Below are positions 49,199 to 58,224 of a stretch of DNA of 64,000 nucleotides, piece by piece (position 1 is the first letter of the stretch; each line of letters starts with the position of its first letter). The DNA is from Candidatus Woesearchaeota archaeon (GTDB lineage Archaea > Nanobdellota > Nanobdellia > Woesearchaeales > GCA-2687795). The notes below the pieces were generated by a model. The model did no database searches. It had not been told where the DNA came from and was given only the letters and a program-made list of their open reading frames with translations. The stretch lies in NCBI GenBank assembly GCA_002687795.1, contig NZBG01000034.1, forward strand, positions 10,362-74,361. Reading direction: 5' to 3'. The translations under genes were made by a program, and so were the position numbers.

Positions 49199-50062
49199 CT
49201 AAACATTATGATCCCTGCCAAAAAGCCTTTCATAATATTTTTGGGCAGTGTTTGACTTGGCATGTATGATAAAGGAAGCCAGCTGGTTTAAAGTAAAAAA
49301 AGAGCCATATACCACTAAAAACCAGTATAAAAAGCTCCATCTTGGGACAAGCATGACAGACTTATTAATGTATTCCAGGATTATCAGCAGCAATATAATC
49401 AGCTTATCATAAGGGCAGACCCATAAAAAGTTCATCTTCTCGCTGATTTTATACAAAAAGCCAAACTTTCCGGTTGCCTCGCCAATCTTTGAAAGCTTGT
49501 TCTCTTTTTTTGTGTTTTGTCTGATATTAATACCTTCCTTGCTGTCTTCCATACTCTTGATTGCTTCAAGCCTCTTGTTCACTATGGTCCATGTAAGGGC
49601 CATGAACACCACCGAAGCTGAAAACACAACAGCCAGAAACCCGAAGATAAGGGCTGAGATTTTTGCTGTATTCAGAAAAACAGAAAACGCTATCCCAAAA
49701 TACATGAACTTGGGAAGAAACTGGTGAGATATCTCATCAATATGCACTCCAAGGATGCTTGTCTGTTTCCTGTACCTTGCGATCTCGCCATCCACTGTGT
49801 CAAGGATAAAACCGAAATTCATAAGCAATATCCCTATCAGCATATATTCCAATGTCCCAAAGAAAAGGAGGACTGCGCCAAGAAGGGTTATCAATATATG
49901 AAAGACAGTGACCTGGTTAGCTGTAATAGAGGTGTACAGGAAAAGTTTGGTGATATAAATAGATATTTTCCTAATAAAATATTTCTGGTATAAAGGATGT
50001 TTCTGCTCTTCCCATCCCCTTATCCTGCACTTCTCTTTTAATACTGAAATTGGTTCTGTCAT
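49199..50062 (-). CDS. CDP-alcohol phosphatidyltransferase-family membrane protein
   Basis: DTVDGEIARYRKQTSILGVHIDEISH matches D-G-x2-A-R-x8-G-x3-D with the last D replaced by H. It has multiple TM helices. Confidence 0.55.
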   Translation of the reverse strand: MTEPISVLKEKCRIRGWEEQKHPLYQKYFIRKISIYITKLFLYTSITANQVTVFHILITLLGAVLLFFGTLEYMLIGILLMNFGFILDTVDGEIARYRKQTSILGVHIDEISHQFLPKFMYFGIAFSVFLNTAKISALIFGFLAVVFSASVVFMALTWTIVNKRLEAIKSMEDSKEGINIRQNTKKENKLSKIGEATGKFGFLYKISEKMNFLWVCPYDKLIILLLIILEYINKSVMLVPRWSFLYWFLVVYGSFFTLNQLASFIIHAKSNTAQKYYERLFGRDHNV

Positions 50063-50116
50063 ATACTAAAAAGATTAAAGATTTGTTTATATATTTTTTG
50101 GATAGTTTGTCAAAAA

Positions 50117-50977
50117 CTACAGCCTGGCATGAATCCTTGTCAGGATATCCTTATCAACATCCAAGCTCCCTATATCCCCCCTTATATCCCCATGAAAGTC
50201 TGTTCCTCCTGATTCCAGAAGGTTCCTCTTTTCTGCAATTGATTTAAAGAGCTGGTTTTTTGCTATGCTTTCTTCTTTGGGAGTTTTGTTTATAACATCA
50301 TAAGGATAATAAGTCTCAATACCTTCACCGCCATTCTTAATAAAAAGGTCTATCAACTCTGCTGCATCCTTGTCGGAATATACCCCCGGATGCGCAAGAA
50401 AGCACAGGCCTCCGGCAGCCTTGATAACATCTATCGCCTCTTTCATTCTTATCTTAAGCGTTCTTTCAACATAAGCAGGCTTTCCGGTTCCTATATACTG
50501 GTCGAACACATCCTTAATAGTGGAGAATTTATCTGGGTATCTCTTTAACAAAAGCCTTGCGATATGAGGCCTTCCGAAAGAGCCTTTCACTGATTTGCTC
50601 ACTTCCTCAAATGTTATATCAAAGCCTAACTCATTCAGTTTTCTGATGATTTCTTTCTTTTGCTTTATTCTGTCCTGCCTTATCTTATCTGTCAGCTCAA
50701 GCAGTCTTTTATTCCTGAAATCAATAAACAACCCTATAATATGAACATTAACAAAACCCAGTTCTTTCTCATCACAGCCGAACTCAATGCCCGGAACAAG
50801 CTCAAGCCCTATATTATTTTTTGTTATATGCCTTAAAGCAGGCTCTATACCGCTAACTGTGTCATGGTCTGTGACAGCAATTGTTTTCATTCCCCTTTCA
50901 ACTGCCCTGTCAACCACCTGCTCAGGCGTAAAAGTGCCATCTGATTTATCCGTATGTATATGAAGATCGATTTTCAT
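50117..50977 (-). CDS. PHP-domain metal-dependent phosphoesterase
   Basis: MKIDLHIHTDKSDGTFTPEQVVDRAVERGMKTIAVTDHDTVSG and a C-terminal GGTDFHG. Confidence 0.7.
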   Translation of the reverse strand: MKIDLHIHTDKSDGTFTPEQVVDRAVERGMKTIAVTDHDTVSGIEPALRHITKNNIGLELVPGIEFGCDEKELGFVNVHIIGLFIDFRNKRLLELTDKIRQDRIKQKKEIIRKLNELGFDITFEEVSKSVKGSFGRPHIARLLLKRYPDKFSTIKDVFDQYIGTGKPAYVERTLKIRMKEAIDVIKAAGGLCFLAHPGVYSDKDAAELIDLFIKNGGEGIETYYPYDVINKTPKEESIAKNQLFKSIAEKRNLLESGGTDFHGDIRGDIGSLDVDKDILTRIHARL

Positions 50978-51612
50978 TTTATGTTTAATAAAGAGATTAA
51001 TTGATTTGCTAACTTCTCGAATCTTTCTTTGCCAATCATTACCTTTCTGACAGGCTTCATCTTCACAAACTCTTCACCTGTTCCTGAGTCCTTATGCACC
51101 TCTTTTCTTCCAAAGGAACTGTCCACTGTATAAGGCTGGCCTATATCTCCCCTGAAAGGAAATACTTTGATATGAAGATGCTCTTTCTTTTCTTTCCAGT
51201 TTGTGCATTTTCCATAGGTTGCCATGGAAACTGCATCTTCCTTTGACTCTGATGTTACCTTAAACCCTTTATTCTCAGCTGCCATGAGCCCGGCCATAGC
51301 ATTGCATACCTTAGAGAAAGCTGTTCCATAGTTTTCAGCCAGTTTAGGGTAATTGCTTACCTGGCAGAAATGGGTCAGATGCGCCTGGGGCATTAGCTGT
51401 ATAGTAAAATCCTGCTCAGGGTCTCCGCCGGTTTTAGGGGACAAAGTGGCAAACCAGCTGTCTTCAGCAGAGCTGCCTATCCTGAAAACAATAACAGCTC
51501 CGTAATCTGTTCTTTGCCCAACTTTCAGTGAAGATTCACTGCAAAGATTACAATCTTTATGCAAAGAGGCGTCTTCTTTTATTAGCCCATTAATATTATC
51601 ATTCATTTTCAA
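50974..51612 (-). CDS. HIT-like/GalT-like nucleotide-binding protein (tentative)
   Basis: An N-terminal CNLC pair and an EHLHIKVFPF (H-x-H-x-K) motif resembling HIT/GalT HxHx[HQ]. It has 4-bp and 14-bp overlaps with its neighbours. Confidence 0.3.
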   Translation of the reverse strand: MKMNDNINGLIKEDASLHKDCNLCSESSLKVGQRTDYGAVIVFRIGSSAEDSWFATLSPKTGGDPEQDFTIQLMPQAHLTHFCQVSNYPKLAENYGTAFSKVCNAMAGLMAAENKGFKVTSESKEDAVSMATYGKCTNWKEKKEHLHIKVFPFRGDIGQPYTVDSSFGRKEVHKDSGTGEEFVKMKPVRKVMIGKERFEKLANQLISLLNIK

Positions 51613-52708
51613 CTGGCTTTATGAATTCCTTCTCCCTTCTTTCATCAACATAAGCATCAAAATATCCCACCACAAGCCTGTAATAATTCTCTTTATTCTT
51701 AGCGCTGACTTTCTCAAGGATTCCGCATGCCCTAAGCTTCTCCCCAGGATGAGCAAGCATTGCATAATCCCTTGAATAGAATACAATCTTCTTTATCTTA
51801 TTGTTTATGCCTTCTAATTTTAAGCCGTTGCCATCTATTACTTTTGCATCCTTTATATCATAACATCCAGGCCTTACAATAGAGTTATGGCTGTCTGTTA
51901 CAATGCCTTCAATGGCTGCTAACCCTAATGAGGAATATTGCTCTTCCCCCCATTTGAACCAGACCTCCTCTTCCTTCTCAGTCGCAAAGATTACAAAAAG
52001 GCAGCCATTAAAATATCCTTCTGATTTCCTCTTCCTCATTATGCGCAGGAAACCATCCTCGCTGAATATCCCAAACCTGTTCCTTTTCTTATAGAAATCC
52101 AGCCATTCTTCGTCTGTCTTCCACTTCAGTGAAGGATGCTCTGCTGTCTCAAGGTATTTCATAAGCTTCCAGAAGTTCTCTTTGCCATAGACCACAATGT
52201 TTATATCTGATATGTTTGACATGTAATGCCCCATTAGGGTTGAGTATGTTATGCCAAGGTCCTTTATCCTCAGGCCGCTTCCTATAAAGAAGCTCACGAG
52301 CTCATGAACAGTCTTAAGGTGTTCATCAAGCGCTTCCTTTGGCATTGCCATAAGCTCTGAAAGACCTCTCCTGGGGAAATATATTCTTTCTATATCATCA
52401 ACAGGCACTGTGAAAAAAAGCCTTTCCTCAGTATGCTGGGGGCTTTCAAGCATATAATGCGGATATGCCTCTTTGAACTGCTCAATATATGTTTTCAGCT
52501 TTGCCTTGTCAATCCAGAGGTTGAGCCTGTTCATCTTTCTCCCTGAGATGAACCTGTATTGCAGTGCATCTGACTCAATCTTGCCTGTGGGAATATACTT
52601 TGGCTTTACAAGTATGCTGCTCATGGGATGCTCATTCCCATAAACCTGGCAATGCAGGCCGTCCTTTGTTGTTATGATTGATGATTCATAGAAGTGCATA
52701 TTATTCAA
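51599..52708 (-). CDS. Pol-beta-superfamily nucleotidyltransferase-fold protein (LicD/fukutin-like phosphotransferase candidate), tandem paralogue 2
   Basis: LGITYSTLMGHYMSNISDINIVVYGKEN carries a G...DhDh minimal-NTase motif. It shares end-to-end similarity with 52701..53804. Confidence 0.35.
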   Translation of the reverse strand: MNNMHFYESSIITTKDGLHCQVYGNEHPMSSILVKPKYIPTGKIESDALQYRFISGRKMNRLNLWIDKAKLKTYIEQFKEAYPHYMLESPQHTEERLFFTVPVDDIERIYFPRRGLSELMAMPKEALDEHLKTVHELVSFFIGSGLRIKDLGITYSTLMGHYMSNISDINIVVYGKENFWKLMKYLETAEHPSLKWKTDEEWLDFYKKRNRFGIFSEDGFLRIMRKRKSEGYFNGCLFVIFATEKEEEVWFKWGEEQYSSLGLAAIEGIVTDSHNSIVRPGCYDIKDAKVIDGNGLKLEGINNKIKKIVFYSRDYAMLAHPGEKLRACGILEKVSAKNKENYYRLVVGYFDAYVDERREKEFIKPVENE

Positions 52709-53804
52709 CCTCTGCTTTTATGTATTCTTTCTCTCTTCTGTCAGTTAGATAGGCATCAAAATAGCCAACAACAACGCGATAATATCTGCTCCCATCCTTT
52801 GCTGTTACCAGCTCAAGCAGGCCGCATGCTTTTACTCGTTCTCCTTTAAGCGCCTGCTGTATGAAAGGTATAGAATATGTTACAATTCTCTTTATAGGAA
52901 TCTCCTTGTTAAGCTTTAGGGCTTCACTCTCTCCTTCAACTATCTCCCCTTCTTCTATCTCATAATAACCAGGCCTTACATGGCTGTTGTAATGGTCTAT
53001 GACTTTTCCCCTTATTGTTGCTGTTCCAACTGGTTCATAGATTTCCTCACCCCATTTGAACCATGTTTCATCCGGCTCCTCAACAGTAAACAATGTAAAG
53101 ACAGTTCCTCCGAAAGTGCCTTCATACCTTTTCCTTCCCATATGCTTTACATACTCCTTCTCTGTAAAATGGGATGACTCTGATGTCTTATGTTCTTTAT
53201 AATATTCAGCCCATTCTTCATCAGTTTTCCATTTTAGCTTATCATGCGCTGCTGTTTTAAGGTAATCAAGAATTTTCCAGCCGTTTTCTTTTCCATAAAT
53301 AATGATATCTATGTCTGACTCCCCGGGAGTGTAGTTGGCCATTAAAGTGGAATGTGTTATGCCTAAATTATCAGGGCTTACTCCGCTCCTACACAGAAAA
53401 TCAACCAATTCCCTTACCAGTGTTAGGTATTCATCCAGGTCTTTCTTAGGCACTTTTAATAATTCGCCTAAACCTTTCCTTCCGTCATGGACAGTCTTTA
53501 TCTTTTCTTTTGGAACAACAAAGAACCAGTTCTTATGGACAGGAGAATCATAGATATAGCCAGGAAACTTTTTTCTGAACTGTTCTAAGTAATTAACGAG
53601 CTTTTCTTTTTCTGCGAACAGATTAAACCTCACAAGGCATTTCTCAAACAAAAACCTGTATTTCAGGCCCTCTCCCTCTATTGCTTCCTTGGGGATATAC
53701 TTTGGCTTAACGATTACATAGCCTTCAGGATGCTCGTTTCCATATGACTTACACTGGAAACCGTCTGTTGTGTCTATTAATGTTGATTCATAGAAGTGCG
53801 TCAT
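52701..53804 (-). CDS. Pol-beta-superfamily nucleotidyltransferase-fold protein (LicD/fukutin-like phosphotransferase candidate), tandem paralogue 1
   Basis: LGITHSTLMANYTPGESDIDIIIYGKEN; the N-terminus HFYESTLIDTTDGFQCKSYGNEHP is conserved with paralogue 2. Confidence 0.35.
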   Translation of the reverse strand: MTHFYESTLIDTTDGFQCKSYGNEHPEGYVIVKPKYIPKEAIEGEGLKYRFLFEKCLVRFNLFAEKEKLVNYLEQFRKKFPGYIYDSPVHKNWFFVVPKEKIKTVHDGRKGLGELLKVPKKDLDEYLTLVRELVDFLCRSGVSPDNLGITHSTLMANYTPGESDIDIIIYGKENGWKILDYLKTAAHDKLKWKTDEEWAEYYKEHKTSESSHFTEKEYVKHMGRKRYEGTFGGTVFTLFTVEEPDETWFKWGEEIYEPVGTATIRGKVIDHYNSHVRPGYYEIEEGEIVEGESEALKLNKEIPIKRIVTYSIPFIQQALKGERVKACGLLELVTAKDGSRYYRVVVGYFDAYLTDRREKEYIKAEVE

Positions 53805-55183
53805 TTTGTCACCTCTATTGGTTTTGCGGTTATATCATCCGGAATCTTCAGGCCTAATAGCCTCAAAATAGTTGGCGCTACCTGCTTTATGTCAATATCA
53901 TCTATTTGCCCTTTACAGGCAACCCATTTTCCGCTTATTATGAAACAGCCCTGCCTCGAATGGCCTGCGTTATCTGCGCCCACCGCACTTTCCCATGAAT
54001 ATAGGCCTTCCTGGCCAAGGTCAGGGTTTGAGGCCCATCTTAGCTCATCAAAGTAAACTATTAAGTCAGGGCATTCTCTGCTGGATGGATCTTTGTAGAT
54101 ATCTTCAGAAGAATAAACCTTTGTGTCAAGCTTTTTTCCTTTGTCATTTGGGATGTTCTCCAGTTTTTTTATTAGCTCCTTCTTTACTTTATTATAGTCT
54201 GCGCCAACAACCTTTCTGTTAATATAGACTCTTGCATTATATGCGCCGCCGCCGTATGCAACTGTTTTGTCCATGTCCACAAACTTTGTGTCAAACCTCT
54301 TCTTTTCGCTTAGGTCTATGCCTTCTTTAAGGACAAGATAGCCTTCCTTTGCCAGCCAGTTGTTGATATTGATTTTCCCTTCCTGCTTGAACATCCCATG
54401 GTCTGAGGCAACGATAATAATTGTATCATCATCAAGCAGCTCCATTATCTCGCCAAGCTTTTTATCAAGGTAAATGTAATAGTCTTTCAGGGCATCTTTA
54501 TGAGGTGAGTCTTTGATGAATCTTCTGTGTGTATCATCAAAATGCCTCCAGAGCATATGCTGCAGCCTGTCAGTTCCTATCATAACACTTATGAAGAAAT
54601 CCCATGACTCATTGGCAAGAAGGTCTTTTAAAAGCTCTATCTGCATATCAGTCATCTCATAAGTCCTCTCAAGCAGAGTGCTTATATCAAGGGACTTATG
54701 GCCTGCTAAGCCAACCGCAACGTCAAAGAAAATCTCAGGGTTTCCTTTAGAGATTATTTTTTCTCTTATCTTTTCAGGATAAGCGCAGTCGCTCTCAACA
54801 CCAGGTGTCAAGAACCCGCTGACCATGCAGCCGTTTACCTGCTTTACAGGAAAGGTCAAAGGCACATACAAGGCAATGCTCTTTTTATCCTGCTCTCCCA
54901 GGATGTCCCAAAGCAGTTTGCATTTTATGCTTCCTGAATTGGCTAATCTTGAATTTCCATCCTCATCTTTGTATGTATAGCTGAACACTCCTATTTGGCT
55001 TGCATCCTTCCCTGACAACATAGAATTCCAGGCTATTATTGTAGAAGGAGGTATTGTGCTGTTTACTTTAGCATAAGCTCCTGTGTCCATAAGTCTCTTT
55101 ATGTTCGGCAGTTCATTGTTCCATCTGCCAAAGATAAGTTCAGGCGGTGCTCCGTCAATTCCAAAAATAAAAACCTTGCTCAT
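53801..55183 (-). CDS. Alkaline-phosphatase-superfamily type I phosphodiesterase/nucleotide pyrophosphatase-like enzyme
   Basis: VFIFGIDGAPPEL...TIPPSTIIAWNSMLSG...IVASDHGMF. Confidence 0.6.
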   Translation of the reverse strand: MSKVFIFGIDGAPPELIFGRWNNELPNIKRLMDTGAYAKVNSTIPPSTIIAWNSMLSGKDASQIGVFSYTYKDEDGNSRLANSGSIKCKLLWDILGEQDKKSIALYVPLTFPVKQVNGCMVSGFLTPGVESDCAYPEKIREKIISKGNPEIFFDVAVGLAGHKSLDISTLLERTYEMTDMQIELLKDLLANESWDFFISVMIGTDRLQHMLWRHFDDTHRRFIKDSPHKDALKDYYIYLDKKLGEIMELLDDDTIIIVASDHGMFKQEGKININNWLAKEGYLVLKEGIDLSEKKRFDTKFVDMDKTVAYGGGAYNARVYINRKVVGADYNKVKKELIKKLENIPNDKGKKLDTKVYSSEDIYKDPSSRECPDLIVYFDELRWASNPDLGQEGLYSWESAVGADNAGHSRQGCFIISGKWVACKGQIDDIDIKQVAPTILRLLGLKIPDDITAKPIEVTK

Positions 55184-55195
55184 GATAAAATCACT

Positions 55196-56314
55196 CTACA
55201 TTTCTTTTTCAAGCAAAGGCCATAGCTTTTCTTCTATGTCAAGCCCTTTCCCTGCAAGATTATTCTTTTCGTCCGGGTCGTTCTTCATGTCATAAAGCTC
55301 TCTCTTATTGGTGCTGGTGTTGATAATAAGCTTCCAGTCTTCAGTCCTTATTGCTTTCACGTTCGGCTTCTTGGGGGAAGGCGCAGGCCCTCCTAAGCCG
55401 CCTGTCTCAGAAAATGCTATTCTGCTCTTCTCATCAGGGTTTCCTAAGAAAGGCATCAGGCTTGAGCCCCTGAACTCTTGTTCATTGAAATTTATCTTCA
55501 GCATATCCAGGATAGTGGGCATTATATCCACGCTCCTTACAAGCTTGCTTACTTCCAGCTCAGGAAATCTTTCTTTATTAAGAAACAATGCAAAAGTGTT
55601 CAGCGTATAATCATAGCAAAAGCTGCCATACACCTTTTCCCCTGCCCTTTCCCCTGTGCTTGTTCCATGGTCTGATGCAAGGATTATCACAGAGTTTTCA
55701 ATAAGGCCCTTTTTCTCCAGCTCATCAAAGATTGATTTCAGGTAAGCATCAGCTTCCTTGACATACGAGGAAAACATCTTCTGGTTGCCTTCCCTGTTGC
55801 TGAAATACTCCTCGCTGGTGTCTGTGTATTTCTTGACAACATTCTTAACAATAAGGTTATGGACAATGCTGCAGTGGAGATAAACGAACAAAGGCTTTTT
55901 TATATCCTCTACTGTGTTCAGAATATTCTTGTGCCTTGCTATCATCTCTTCTGCGTTCTCTATCACCTTCTCTTCTTCAAAACCTTTCTGTATTGTTAAC
56001 ACATCAAAACCCTGCCCTGGGATAACCATATCATTCATTGCATCCCCTATGGTGAAATAGCCATGCTCTTTAAGAAACTGGGGCAATGTCCTGCATTCTT
56101 TCCTGAAATTAGGCGCTCCATAATAATTATCAACCCCTGTCTCTTTTCCATACTTGCCTGTGAAAATAGAATGCAGGGATGCTATTGAGTATGGCGCATA
56201 GGCAAACATCCTGTTGAACAATGTACCCTGTAAGGTTGAGAAAAAAGGCATATCCTTTATCGTATCATGCCTTACACCATCAACCAATATAAAAATAATG
56301 TTTGGCTTGTCCAT
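55196..56314 (-). CDS. Sulfatase-fold (alkaline-phosphatase-superfamily) hydrolase/transferase that lacks the C/S-x-P-x-R formylglycine motif
   Basis: NIIFILVDGVRHD ... YSIASLHSIFTGKY (Ser where sulfatases have Cys, with no P/R) ... ILASDHGTSTGE. Confidence 0.55.
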   Translation of the reverse strand: MDKPNIIFILVDGVRHDTIKDMPFFSTLQGTLFNRMFAYAPYSIASLHSIFTGKYGKETGVDNYYGAPNFRKECRTLPQFLKEHGYFTIGDAMNDMVIPGQGFDVLTIQKGFEEEKVIENAEEMIARHKNILNTVEDIKKPLFVYLHCSIVHNLIVKNVVKKYTDTSEEYFSNREGNQKMFSSYVKEADAYLKSIFDELEKKGLIENSVIILASDHGTSTGERAGEKVYGSFCYDYTLNTFALFLNKERFPELEVSKLVRSVDIMPTILDMLKINFNEQEFRGSSLMPFLGNPDEKSRIAFSETGGLGGPAPSPKKPNVKAIRTEDWKLIINTSTNKRELYDMKNDPDEKNNLAGKGLDIEEKLWPLLEKEM

Positions 56315-56315
56315 T

Positions 56316-56543
56316 TTAGTCCAGATAACCCAGGCTTCTTAGCCTTTCTTTAACCTTGATTTCATCCTCTTTGCTGAAAGGGTTTTCCTTCTTCTCAGAA
56401 TCCTCTGATTCAGAGATTATCTGCCTTAGGATATAGGTTATATAGCTTGATATAGAATTAAATCCTGTGCCTTCTATCCTCTTTTTAACCTTCTCAGCCA
56501 GTATTTTAGGTATAGATACTGTTGTGATATTATGTTCTTCCAT
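56316..56543 (-). CDS. Small ribbon-helix-helix (CopG/Arc-like) DNA-binding protein
   Basis: 75 aa. TVSIPKILAEKVKKRIEGTGFNSISSYITYILRQ fits a beta-strand plus two-helix RHH fold. Confidence 0.4.
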   Translation of the reverse strand: MEEHNITTVSIPKILAEKVKKRIEGTGFNSISSYITYILRQIISESEDSEKKENPFSKEDEIKVKERLRSLGYLD

Positions 56544-56706
56544 TTTAGAGCCCTCCTTCGGTTATATATATGTTTAATAGTATTTAATTGGCATTTATAT
56601 GATATTTATTCGACATTTATATAGTTTTTGGTTTAATCAATAGAAAAAGGCTTCTTCCAGTAGCTCAGAACTTATATCCTTTGAGTTTAAAGGACTTTAT
56701 TTAATC

Positions 56707-56752
56707 AGGTATTTGTTGTGTTGATTAGGGTTCTTACACTGTCATTTATCGC
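56707..56752. repeat. Left copy of a ~46-bp direct repeat that brackets the HEPN/MNT islet
   Basis: aggtaTTTGTTGTGTTgATTAGGGTTCTTACaCTGTCATTTATcGC. A second copy lies at 58178-58224 with about 4 mismatches. Confidence 0.55.
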
Positions 56753-56827
56753 TTGGAAGGTCATTAACTGGTATTCTGCTGCATAGAACGCTGGGGTTAA
56801 GTTAAATAAGCCGCTTATTAAGAAATA

Positions 56828-56899
56828 TGTCAGTATAACCTAATATTTAGGGGTAAAATGTGTCAGTATAACGATATATTTGTATAACCTGTATTTAGG
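56828..56899. repeat. Short intergenic direct repeats (TGTCAGTATAAC x2; TATAACCT(A/G)TATTTAGG x2)
   Basis: The copies are visible at 56828-56839 and 56861-56872, and at 56834-56851 and 56883-56899. Confidence 0.4.
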
Positions 56900-57171
56900 T
56901 GAAGAAAAGATAAAAGGAAAAAGGATTTGAAAAGGTTATGAGAAAATTACAAAGAAAAGAAGAAAAAGACCATAAAGAGTTGCTTAAACTTAAGAAGAAA
57001 AGATAACTCCTGAAAAGCCAAAGAAAGTATATGGCTGGCTGATTGTTTTGATAATTCTGTTATTATGTATATTGGAATACTTTGTTTACCTAAGACTAAT
57101 AGAAAGGTTTAATAAATTAAACAGAAATATTTAAATATCTTTTCTGTTTAACTTGTTAATTAGATGATAAA

Positions 57172-57546
57172 ATGATTGGTGAAATCCATAAAGAAGCTGC
57201 AAAATCTCATTTAAAAGTGGGTGAAGAGTTTTACAAAAAAATGCAGGAAGAATCAGATACAAACAAGAAGACAGCTAATATGATTGTAAGCGCTCAGAAC
57301 TATTTTTATTGCTCAGTTAATGTAATAGAATATATTTTATTCAAAGAGAAAAAAGAACATTCCTTTAACCATGAAAACAGATTTAGAAAGGTGAAAGAAT
57401 ACTTCAATATATTTCCTTCTGAGTTCGCAGAACTATATGACAAAGTAGATAGGGATCTTAGGAATAAAGTAGCTTATAGAGGAGAGAATTCTGAGAAATT
57501 TGAATCGTTAAAGAAATTAGCAGAATCAGCAATTAAGTTACTATGA
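57172..57546 (+). CDS. HEPN-like small alpha-helical protein (partner of the minimal nucleotidyltransferase)
   Basis: 124 aa, all-helical, with a C-terminal RDLRNKVAYRGE Rx4-6[H/Y]-like motif. Its stop overlaps the downstream ATG (ATGA). Confidence 0.4.
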   Translation: MIGEIHKEAAKSHLKVGEEFYKKMQEESDTNKKTANMIVSAQNYFYCSVNVIEYILFKEKKEHSFNHENRFRKVKEYFNIFPSEFAELYDKVDRDLRNKVAYRGENSEKFESLKKLAESAIKLL

Positions 57547-58160
57547 ATAAATTTGAAAAAACACTTGAGGAACTGAAAAAGAAATTCTTCAAAATAAAAG
57601 ATATATCAATCGTTATATTATATGGCTCTGTTGCAAGAGGCAATTATTCTCTAAGACATTCAGATTTGGATTTATTTATAATTTTGAATAGGAGAGAGTC
57701 TAATGAAAAAATCGTGGGAAAAATTAATGATCAATTATTACCCCTTGGTTCTAGAAACGGAGTCAAGGTACATATTGAATACCAAGGAAGTAAAATAAAT
57801 GATGAGGACAAAACTTTGATTGAAAAAATGATTGAAGAAGGTAAAGTAATCTACTCAAATGCTTTTATGATTTTTCCAATAGATAAAATTGGTTTAGAAC
57901 AATATATTATCTATGAGTTTTCCTCAAAAGAACCTAAAATTAAAACCAGGATTTCACAGATATTCCATGGAAGAAAATCATGGTATCGCAAGGGTAAGAA
58001 GAAGATTATAAAAGAATATGAAGGCATTGCTGATGACAAGGATATAATTTTATTAGGCAAAGGGGCGGTCATGGTGGCTAAAAGTGAGCAGGAGGAGATA
58101 GTAAATATGTTTGAAAGGTTAGGAGTTGATTATAAAATAAAAAAGATTGTTTATGGTTAA
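57543..58160 (+). CDS. Minimal nucleotidyltransferase (MNT, Pol-beta superfamily)
   Basis: ILYGSVARGNYSLRHSDLDLFIIL, a GSxxRGx(n)SDxDL motif. Confidence 0.7.
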   Translation: MNKFEKTLEELKKKFFKIKDISIVILYGSVARGNYSLRHSDLDLFIILNRRESNEKIVGKINDQLLPLGSRNGVKVHIEYQGSKINDEDKTLIEKMIEEGKVIYSNAFMIFPIDKIGLEQYIIYEFSSKEPKIKTRISQIFHGRKSWYRKGKKKIIKEYEGIADDKDIILLGKGAVMVAKSEQEEIVNMFERLGVDYKIKKIVYG

Positions 58161-58177
58161 GAGTGCAAAAGGTTTGT

Positions 58178-58224
58178 TTAGGTCTTTGTTGTGTTTATTA
58201 GGGTTCTTACGCTGTCATTTATTG
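58178..58224. repeat. Right copy of the ~46-bp direct repeat that brackets the HEPN/MNT islet
   Basis: aggtcTTTGTTGTGTTtATTAGGGTTCTTACgCTGTCATTTATtGC. Confidence 0.55.

Noticed and set aside
55196-56314. Annotating this gene as an arylsulfatase, which would imply glycan sulfation
   Set aside because: The formylglycine-generating C/S-x-P-x-R motif is absent at the aligned position, so the sulfatase fold here more likely supports phospho-transfer.
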